A stretch of 13,483 nt of DNA from Candidatus Heimdallarchaeota archaeon (GCA_021399395.1 JAAFKJ010000142.1:1-13483), one strand, 5' to 3'. Counted from the stretch's first letter, positions 1 to 6,811 are shown. Program-made: numbers and translations. Notes: generated by a model not told the origin, from the letters alone.

Positions 1-48
1 ATTGTGTAGGTGAAAACACAATAACTACTAAATGTGTGTGATGTAAAT

Positions 49-57
49 TTTATATAG
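49..57 (+). promoter_or_regulatory. Putative archaeal TATA box (TTTATATAG) for the 80..445 gene, leaderless geometry
   Basis: TTTATATA lies about 23-30 nt upstream of ATG 80, with no SD motif before the start. Confidence 0.55.
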
Positions 58-79
58 GTCGGAAAGTTACATAATTGCA

Positions 80-445
80 ATGGATTCCGAAGTAGAGAAA
101 CAAGACTATGAGTTGCTCTTACTCCTAAGTACATTGGGAGCAAACAAGATCAGGGCAATACAAATCCTCGCTCATATATATCCCAAAGCGGTCACAGCCA
201 CCCAGTTGTCAACTCTATTGGGATATTCGATGAAGGCAAGAACAATTTACAGAGGAATTCTTGACGACCTACAAGAAAGAGAATTGATCTTCCTGGACAA
301 ACTCACTCCTAAGGTAGCTAGCATTCGATTGAATCATGAAAATCCTTTGTTGAAAAGGTTGATTGATTTGGCTAAAAACCAAGGAGCTGAGTATCTCAAA
401 GTAATTGAGGAATTATTGGTGAAAAAAGATGAAGACGAATGGTAA
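80..445 (+). CDS. Small winged helix-turn-helix protein, probable transcriptional regulator
   Basis: 121 aa; 'KIRAIQILAHIYPKAVTATQLSTLLGYS...IYRGILDDLQERELIFL' follows the wHTH pattern of helices then a beta-wing. TATA box upstream. Confidence 0.65.
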   Translation: MDSEVEKQDYELLLLLSTLGANKIRAIQILAHIYPKAVTATQLSTLLGYSMKARTIYRGILDDLQERELIFLDKLTPKVASIRLNHENPLLKRLIDLAKNQGAEYLKVIEELLVKKDEDEW

Positions 446-1061
446 GTACGGAAGTTTGCTAAAAGCAGACAAGAAGTCTGTTCTATCGGTAAGAAATATT
501 GTTCTCTTCAGTATAGTTGTCATTTCAGTCGTTCTATTCATTTCTTTCTTCGCATCCTTAACTTATTCGGACACAACTAACAGGTTGTTCTCTGACTTCA
601 CAGATACTGATCTAACAACGGTTCCTAGGGATATTGCTACATTAGATGGGTATATGCAAACAGAGGGGTTCCCCATATTTGTAGAAGGAGCAGGAATCAT
701 AATAACTCTCCCAGTTTGGGGAATAGGGTCTCTAATTAGCTCCTGTTTAGGGTTCAGTTCTCTCATAGTTAATTCAACCTTTTCTAAAACAATGTTGTTA
801 GAGAATAAAAGATGGCTGAAAACATGGTCGAAAAAAGGAACAATCACTTCTCATTATATGTTCAAGAGAGTACAAATAAAACTAGGAGAGAATAGGATTA
901 GTATTATGAAATTAAAGAACAGATACCGTTTCAAGATACCAATCACAGAAGGATTGGACCTTGCTAAATATGGATTTTCAACTAAGAATAACTTTTATGT
1001 GGGGTACTTTGCGAGAGAAGAACTGTCCAGTACTATTCATTTAGTAACTACACAGATGTAA
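429..1061 (+). CDS. Hypothetical membrane protein (two hydrophobic segments, basic C-terminal soluble domain)
   Basis: 210 aa; hydrophobic 'IVLFSIVVISVVLFISFFASL' and 'IIITLPVWGIGSLISSCLGFSSLIV'. Overlaps the upstream wHTH gene by 17 nt, suggesting an operon. Confidence 0.65.
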   Translation: MKTNGKYGSLLKADKKSVLSVRNIVLFSIVVISVVLFISFFASLTYSDTTNRLFSDFTDTDLTTVPRDIATLDGYMQTEGFPIFVEGAGIIITLPVWGIGSLISSCLGFSSLIVNSTFSKTMLLENKRWLKTWSKKGTITSHYMFKRVQIKLGENRISIMKLKNRYRFKIPITEGLDLAKYGFSTKNNFYVGYFAREELSSTIHLVTTQM

Positions 1062-1134
1062 TTATCTCTCACTTTTTAATGGAACGCTATTACGCTTCGC
1101 ATATAGCTTTTCTTGTCTACTTTCACTACTAACT

Positions 1135-1189
1135 GGACTCTTGTACAGAGTCCTCTTTGCCCTAGAGTGTAGAGTGGTGGAACTCTACA
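1135..1189. terminator. Two adjacent perfect hairpins between convergent genes; possible terminator or 3'-end structure
   Basis: GGACTCT-tgtac-AGAGTCC (1135-1153) and TGTAGAGT-ggtgga-ACTCTACA (1168-1189). Confidence 0.4.
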
Positions 1190-1215
1190 TTGAATTATCT
1201 TGCTCGAATTTCTCT

Positions 1216-2559
1216 TTAGGCAGTAGCACCATTACCGTTTGCAATATGTTTCCTTAGGTATGCTTGATTGTTTGATTCAGGTTGATCTGGCTTATATTTA
1301 CCAAAATTACCATTGATCAGTTTATCGTTGATCTTAGCGATTGTGCTGTCAAGCATCCACTCTTTATCAACTCTCCATTTCTTTTGTTTCCAATCGAAAT
1401 TCTCATACTCAAATGTCCAATATAGACCATGTTTTCCAAAGAAATCAAGTGAGTAGATTTTGTAGTCTTTGAAAGTACTCCAAATGAGATAATTAATATT
1501 TGATTCATCGTACGGAGGCATAGTAAGTCTGAGGAATATTCCTTTGTTATAGAGCTCGAGGTGGGATTGAAATGGTATATTCTCCTCGTGGAAGAAACGG
1601 AAAATTTGGGCTTTTTCCTTTTCTGGAACATTCTCAATGAAATATGCTCGTGTAGCATGTTGCTCAAATAATTTTCGACTGAAATTCCAGCGTGGATTAG
1701 TGATAAGATTATTCATTACTAGATTGTAGTATCTACGACCGAATTCAACTTTGGTGTTATGTAAATTCTTATCGTCAAAGAACTCACTTAAGTTGAAAAG
1801 CATTGATTCTTCTTCATGGGTTAGTTTGTTTTCCTCAGAAGAGTTAGCAGCAAGTTGATTCTTCTTTGTAAGATGTTTATATTTGTCTTGATAATGCTTA
1901 ATCAAATCAGTTTGTTTAGTTCTGATATCAATAACAATTCCGTTTTTAACAGAAGTAGTTAAATCCTTCAAAAGCTGGAAATGAAGAGGTTCTAAAGTAT
2001 TTAGATCAATTGCAGAAGGCAGTCTAGGCAAACTTGTACTTTTTGAAAGTCGTTTCTCCCAATATGATATTAGATCGAATGGTTTGGGATTCTGAGTATA
2101 GTTGGGTAGGGGTTGTGGCCTGGTGAACCGATAACCCATGGATTTCATTGTGAAATAACTATCACAATACTCCTGTTCAACTAAATGCTCAAGGTACTCG
2201 TTAAATAATTGCTCAGTATTCTCTGGTAGCTCGAAATGTGCGTAAATCCCAAAACTTTCACCATAAAAGCGATTGTATGCTCGAATATATTTGTGCTCAG
2301 ATAAGGCGTTTTGCAATAAAGTAAACTGGTGGAGCGAACTTATTGAAAACATGACACCATATCTATATAGTGAAATACGTTCAGGGACAAAAGACGCGAT
2401 AGGATTACGGAGAATCTCTTTCTTTTGCAATGCTTTAACTCGTCGAATCATTGTTTGGGGAGAAATATTTAGTTTCTCAGCCTGCTTAGAATATGGTTCT
2501 AGTGGATAATTCTGTAGAACATGCAGTATTTTCATGTCAAGTATGTTTAAATGATCCAT
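1216..2559 (-). CDS. Large Lrp/AsnC-family transcriptional regulator with two wHTH/effector-like modules (447 aa from ATG 2559)
   Basis: N-terminal 'LDMKILHVLQNYPLEPYSKQAEKLNISPQTMIRRVKALQKKEIL' is a typical Lrp/AsnC HTH, followed by a RAM-like region ('NRFYGESFGIYAHF'). A second degenerate module begins at 'LEPLHFQLLKDL'. ATG 2559 is preferred over TTG 2622 because SD-like GAGGT precedes it. Confidence 0.75.
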   Translation of the reverse strand: MDHLNILDMKILHVLQNYPLEPYSKQAEKLNISPQTMIRRVKALQKKEILRNPIASFVPERISLYRYGVMFSISSLHQFTLLQNALSEHKYIRAYNRFYGESFGIYAHFELPENTEQLFNEYLEHLVEQEYCDSYFTMKSMGYRFTRPQPLPNYTQNPKPFDLISYWEKRLSKSTSLPRLPSAIDLNTLEPLHFQLLKDLTTSVKNGIVIDIRTKQTDLIKHYQDKYKHLTKKNQLAANSSEENKLTHEEESMLFNLSEFFDDKNLHNTKVEFGRRYYNLVMNNLITNPRWNFSRKLFEQHATRAYFIENVPEKEKAQIFRFFHEENIPFQSHLELYNKGIFLRLTMPPYDESNINYLIWSTFKDYKIYSLDFFGKHGLYWTFEYENFDWKQKKWRVDKEWMLDSTIAKINDKLINGNFGKYKPDQPESNNQAYLRKHIANGNGATA

Positions 2560-2629
2560 TTTTTTTGACCTCTGTTTTTGTTTTTGTTTAATTTTTGTAA
2601 GAAACAGTTCAGGATAGATCAAGAAGGAG

Positions 2630-2875
2630 CTTGTAAAAGAAATGTAGCGTCCGCATTTTGCGGTTAGTTATGATTCCTTTTACAAGACCCTCTCGATATC
2701 CCCTTCGAGAGACTCTTTTAGACCTCTAACCTTGTTTCTTGTTGGTTTGACCCCTTGCACTTGAGTTCGAATTAGCTTCCTTAGACCTTTCCCGGAAACC
2801 TTTGAGGGGGGATCTGACCTATGTCCCCCCAGGTTTTCCTTTCTCGCCTGAAATTGAGGAAAGGGGTGGGGTTTC
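2630..2875. other. Structured non-coding spacer with several stem-loops (candidate cis-regulatory RNA or ncRNA)
   Basis: Stems: CTTGTAAAAG/CTTTTACAAG (2630-2639/2677-2686) enclosing CCGCA/TGCGG (2651-2663); CTCTCGA/TCGAGAG (2690-2711); GGAAACCT..GGGGGGA/TCCCCCC..AGGTTTTCC (2794-2839); CCTTTCTC/GAGGAAAGG (2838-2864). Confidence 0.5.
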
Positions 2876-2905
2876 TGGCGATTTTAATTTTTTGTCAGCA
2901 TGATT

Positions 2906-3226
2906 TTATCCAGCAGCTGCAAAGCCGTGATAACCGATTGGTTCATCTTCAACAGGTGCGGCTCCCCCAGGTAGAAACCCTATTGGTTCATCCTCGACGG
3001 GTGCGGCTCCTCCAGGAAGAAACCCTATTGGTTCGTCCTCGACTGGACTTGCTCCCCCGGGTCGAAATCCGATTGGTTCATCTTCAACGGGACTTGCTCC
3101 TCCGGGTCGAAATCCGATTGGTTCATCTTCAACCGGGATTGAATTTGTAATCAAGATTGTTCCTGCGAACAGCGCAAGAAATGTTATTACACAAAATACC
3201 CCAAATATTTTCTGTTTAGTTTTCAT
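2906..3226 (-). CDS. Signal-peptide (or signal-anchor) protein with five tandem PVEDEPIG repeats; candidate multi-core peptide precursor
   Basis: 106 aa. Basic N-region MKTKQK, hydrophobic IFGVFCVITFLALFAGTILI, then PVEDEPIGFRPGGAS x2, PVEDEPIGFLPGGAA x2 and PVEDEPIGYHGFAAAG. SD-like GGTGG lies just upstream of the ATG. Repeat differences are mostly third-position synonymous in this frame. Confidence 0.9.
   Translation of the reverse strand: MKTKQKIFGVFCVITFLALFAGTILITNSIPVEDEPIGFRPGGASPVEDEPIGFRPGGASPVEDEPIGFLPGGAAPVEDEPIGFLPGGAAPVEDEPIGYHGFAAAG
2909..3136 (-). repeat. 45-nt coding tandem repeat: four full units plus a divergent terminal unit
   Basis: Units at 3136-3092, 3091-3047, 3046-3002, 3001-2957 and 2956-2909. 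Unit 1 reads CCG GTT GAA GAT GAA CCA ATC GGA TTT CGA CCC GGA GGA GCA AGT. Confidence 0.97.
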
Positions 3227-3274
3227 TTATATTCCACCAGCTTAATTCGAGCTTGTATCTACGTGTGTACTAGT

Positions 3275-3295
3275 ATTATTTAAGAGTTGTTACAA
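3275..3295 (-). promoter_or_regulatory. Putative TATA box (CTTAAATAAT) of the repeat-peptide gene, with an adjacent TTGT-N-ACAA palindrome
   Basis: Minus-strand CTTAAATAAT at 3284-3275, the same 10-mer found about 25 nt before the 6265 start. TTGTTACAA at 3287-3295 sits in the BRE position. Confidence 0.45.
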
Positions 3296-3903
3296 TTTTC
3301 CATGTTTTTGAAAATAGTGGAAAAAAGTAACATGGAACAGTTAAGGTTGCATTACTCCATCACTTGGCAAATTTTTAAAAAACCGTCTAATTTTTTTTGT
3401 CGGGATATTACCATCTTCTCTTCTTGATCATTGTGTAAGGCAAAATGTAAAACACCTTACAAACGTGAAAATATCTGGGTATATACGAGGATGATATTTC
3501 TTAGATTTTTTTTCGTTTGTAACTATGATTTATTTGATGAAAACTAAAGTATTTTTGATTAAACAAACACGAGCTATAATTTTGTGAATTGTTGAGTAAA
3601 TTAGAATTAATTATCAATGATTTTAGCTATTTTTGTCGAAACCTAGTTAGTTAGTTGATTAAATGAGCTCAGTTTGCGATATGGGAATATGTAAAAAGTT
3701 ACTTATTTTCAATAAAAGCAAGTTAACAATCCATAAAAAAATACGTATTAATGGTGTGTATTTTTCTCCTTAAAAACTGGTTTAGTTGTATACAATCTGT
3801 CTTACAAGAATTTGTCGGAATATTAGGTGTGTTTTTCGTATCCTTTAACCTGAAAATAAATGATTTTGTTGATAAATCCTGATTTTTAATGGCTGAGTGA
3901 GTA

Positions 3904-5076
3904 TTAGTTTCTCTTTTTTCTATATATCCACCCTATTACAAGAAACATTGTAGATGTTAGCACCAAAGATAGTGTCGTTTCTGTTGTTGGTGTGACAAAA
4001 CCTTCAATCGCTGCTGGTATGATATACGTTTCTGCTATGTGTAGGAAAGGCCATTCACCCTCAGGTAAACTTGAAGTGAAGACTGTTACAATATCGTATC
4101 CTGGTAACACTAAAATTATTTGACCTGCCCATCCTATTGCTAAGTAAGTGTCAAGAGTAGGATAAACCCACCATTGATATCCATAGTCAATGAAATTTGT
4201 GTTTGTAACAGTAGCGTTTGATGCATGATGAACATATTCTTCCGAAATGATTTGAGTGTCATTCCATGTACCATTATTCAGATAAAGATATCCCAATTTT
4301 GCCATATCTCTCGGTTTAAGCTGTAAATCTGCCCCTCCAAAATATATACCTTGAGGATCTTGGAGCCAAAGCCAATCTTCAAACCCTAGAGGGTCAAATA
4401 GCTGTTCTATAGCATACTCCAGAGTAGTGTTACCTATTGCTTTCTCAACTATTGCTGATAATAAGTGTGATGCACCTGAATTGTATCTGAATGCCAATCC
4501 TGGTTCAGCTTCCATTTCCCTACTTAAGACATATTCCACCCAGTTTTCGCTTGCTTTCATTTGCGTGAAAGTGTTCGCAGGATCATAGTATGAAATATCT
4601 TCATTCCAAGCTATTCCCGAGGTCATTGTCAAAAGATGATAGATGGTAATATTTTCTCTTAATTCGATATTAGGAACAGAAACGTTGACAAAGAACTCCA
4701 TGATATTTTGATTGATACTATCTATGTATCCTTCATCTATTGCAATTCCAATTAGAGTGGAAACGAAACTCTTGGTTACAGAATAAACAGAATGTAGAGA
4801 ATCAGCTGTATAGAATCTAAGATATTCATCAACGACTAGATAACCATTTTTGACAATTTGAACACTATCGATGTCATAGTTGTTGCTGTCAATATATTCG
4901 AACATATTATCTATTGTTTGTTTGTTCAAATCTGCTTCCTCGAAGGAAGCCTTTTCCCAACCATTTGTGGGCCAATAATCTCGCTCGATACTAGCACAAG
5001 AATTTGTTAAAGTTGTAGAATTGGACAGAAATAGAATTATAAGCATAAAGTAAAAATACAGAGATTTGTTCTTCAT
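3904..5076 (-). CDS. Secreted, C-terminally anchored serine hydrolase of the beta-lactamase class C (AmpC/NylB-like) family
   Basis: SxxK motif 'YSVTKS', 'LLTMTSG', 'PGLAFRYNSG', 'PRDMAKLGYLYLNNGTW', 'YGYQWW', 'AIGWAGQ'. N-terminal signal peptide; C-terminal Thr-rich linker, hydrophobic helix and RKKRN tail. ATG 5076 has SD AGGTG and is preferred over 5109. Confidence 0.9.
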   Translation of the reverse strand: MKNKSLYFYFMLIILFLSNSTTLTNSCASIERDYWPTNGWEKASFEEADLNKQTIDNMFEYIDSNNYDIDSVQIVKNGYLVVDEYLRFYTADSLHSVYSVTKSFVSTLIGIAIDEGYIDSINQNIMEFFVNVSVPNIELRENITIYHLLTMTSGIAWNEDISYYDPANTFTQMKASENWVEYVLSREMEAEPGLAFRYNSGASHLLSAIVEKAIGNTTLEYAIEQLFDPLGFEDWLWLQDPQGIYFGGADLQLKPRDMAKLGYLYLNNGTWNDTQIISEEYVHHASNATVTNTNFIDYGYQWWVYPTLDTYLAIGWAGQIILVLPGYDIVTVFTSSLPEGEWPFLHIAETYIIPAAIEGFVTPTTETTLSLVLTSTMFLVIGWIYRKKRN

Positions 5077-5287
5077 AACTACACCTAATTTAATCTGAAT
5101 GACTTTCAAACAATTATATAGGTTTGTAAATAAAGCAAAAAGTTAGAAGGTATGGATTTTGTATTTATAAGCCCAGATTTATAGAAAACAGTTATTTTGA
5201 AATCATTAAATAAAGTCTCAACTACATTGTTAAATTCTGTTCTTTTACTAAATTAGTTTAGATTAACCTTTGTCCTGATCTCTATCA

Positions 5288-6265
5288 TCAGTCGCTTTCA
5301 CGTATTTCGTGTTCTCTGACTATTCTTCGTTCTTCATCTACCAGTAAACTCTGTTCAGCTTCTTCTCGAAGTCTGAGTTCTTCAATCCTTAATTCATATA
5401 TTCTTTCTAACTGATCTAATCTATCTGTCATAGCTGTTTCTGAAACATCGTCTCTCACTCCACGAGTTTCTATTTCTGCTTCTAGTTCTTCCATTCTGGC
5501 CTCAAGCCGTGCTCTTGTATCTTCTGTAATGATGAACATATTTGCATGATGGAAAAATAGTGTTTGATCATAGTGTCTTCGTTTTCCAGCTAGTCTGAGG
5601 GTGTATGTAATTTTTTCTCTTTCTTCTTCAGGTGCATCAGCTGTAACTGGTTCATGGTAGAACCGTTGCTTAGGTATAAAGATTCTTAAAGGATCATCAG
5701 GTGTATCATGAACCTTGGTGTAGAAATGCCTTAATCTTTTCATTTTTTTTCTTCTGGAAGTTTCTTTCATCAATGATTTGCTGTTATTTGTTCTTCTGGT
5801 TACTGGGTAGGTTTTTTTCTTGCTACTAGTTCTGTCAATTTCGTTGTCTTCATCATCCCTAACAATTGTTGTAACTGGCTCGTGAGTTCTGAAAATCTGT
5901 AGAAAAGGATATTTCCTTTTACTATTTCGTTTTCTAGAACCTTGTCTACTACTAACCGTGAAAATCAAATCCCAAGGAACTTCTGGACTGATTTCGTAAT
6001 TTGTTACCTCTACCTTGATAATACATTTCTTCCTGTTTTTACTCTCCTTTAATCTCCTTTTTCTCTTCCTAACAGGTCTTCCTCCTAAAGCAATGTAGTC
6101 ATAATCGAAATAAGTTTGCATACAAGTTTCTCCACCAGAGTGCAAAATTGCTCCTGTGATGTCTAGTTTGGCTTTGACTAATTTCTGTGCTCGGTCGTCA
6201 TGATAGGATTTGACAGGTGATAATCTAAAAACTAAATTTGGTTTTTCACGACCAACTCCACTCAT
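5288..6265 (-). CDS. Hypothetical protein with a highly basic N-terminal region and a Glu/Arg-rich C-terminal coiled coil
   Basis: 325-aa ATG ORF with TATA-like CTTAAATAAT at 6296-6287. No family motif recognised. Confidence 0.7.
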   Translation of the reverse strand: MSGVGREKPNLVFRLSPVKSYHDDRAQKLVKAKLDITGAILHSGGETCMQTYFDYDYIALGGRPVRKRKRRLKESKNRKKCIIKVEVTNYEISPEVPWDLIFTVSSRQGSRKRNSKRKYPFLQIFRTHEPVTTIVRDDEDNEIDRTSSKKKTYPVTRRTNNSKSLMKETSRRKKMKRLRHFYTKVHDTPDDPLRIFIPKQRFYHEPVTADAPEEEREKITYTLRLAGKRRHYDQTLFFHHANMFIITEDTRARLEARMEELEAEIETRGVRDDVSETAMTDRLDQLERIYELRIEELRLREEAEQSLLVDEERRIVREHEIRESD

Positions 6266-6369
6266 AAAATACAGCTAGGAGACGACATTATTTAAGGTTT
6301 ATGTCCCAAAGTATAATCATATATAATTATCATTTTTGCTTGCTTTTATACTAACTTCTACATATTCGA

Positions 6370-6744
6370 ATGATAGACATGGCAATAATATGGGGAGATA
6401 CTGAAGAAACTCAAAATGCAGCTAAACGCTCATTTGAGGATAGTGTTGAACAGATTCTAAAAGAAAAAGGAGTAATCAATCTTAATGATTTGATGAAACT
6501 TATTAGTCATGATAACAATCTTCTTACTGACTTTCAGAGAATCTTGAAAGGGATAGATACTCTGATAGAAGAATGTAAGGTAATAATCGATCAAGAAAAA
6601 AATATCCGAATGACAACTCTTTCTGTTCTAGGAACTGATGGATTAGATGAATTACCTATCTGGGATATAATTCACAAAGAAAAAGATATTGAAATTAAAA
6701 AAGAAATTATTCGGAGATACAATGCAATTAATCCCTTACTCTAG
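6370..6744 (+). CDS. Hypothetical acidic protein, possibly winged-helix-like
   Basis: 124-aa ORF divergent from the 6265 gene, with TTTTATA about 20-27 nt upstream. 'VEQILKEKGVINLNDLMKLI...IDTLIEECKVII' weakly resembles a wHTH. Confidence 0.6.
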   Translation: MIDMAIIWGDTEETQNAAKRSFEDSVEQILKEKGVINLNDLMKLISHDNNLLTDFQRILKGIDTLIEECKVIIDQEKNIRMTTLSVLGTDGLDELPIWDIIHKEKDIEIKKEIIRRYNAINPLL

Positions 6745-6811
6745 TTTTTTGATTAACTATTTTTATAGTGCAACAGTATACTTATACGCTTCTAAACACA
6801 TGTTATTCTAG

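Noticed and set aside
2623-2905. SRP RNA, RNase P RNA or tRNA in the structured spacer
   Set aside because: By eye I found no SRP helix-8 motif, no properly ordered RNase P P4 halves and no cloverleaf. An Rfam search is still needed.
2909-3136. 45-nt repeats as a CRISPR array
   Set aside because: The units are contiguous with no unique spacers, vary at codon third positions, and no cas genes are present.
2821-3150. 109-aa plus-strand ORF with LVH/LVR repeats
   Set aside because: Antisense shadow of the repeat gene. Substitutions are synonymous in the minus frame, which also has the signal peptide and SD.
2906-3226. Known RiPP class (graspetide, lasso peptide, lanthipeptide)
   Set aside because: No ATP-grasp, lasso cyclase, YcaO or Lan enzymes in the window. 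The repeats lack Cys, Thr and Lys, and the leader is a Sec-type signal.
3904-5076. Beta-lactam resistance gene (ampC)
   Set aside because: The fold is shared by many esterases, amidases and peptidases. The motifs (YxS, AIG) differ from true AmpC (YxN, KTG).
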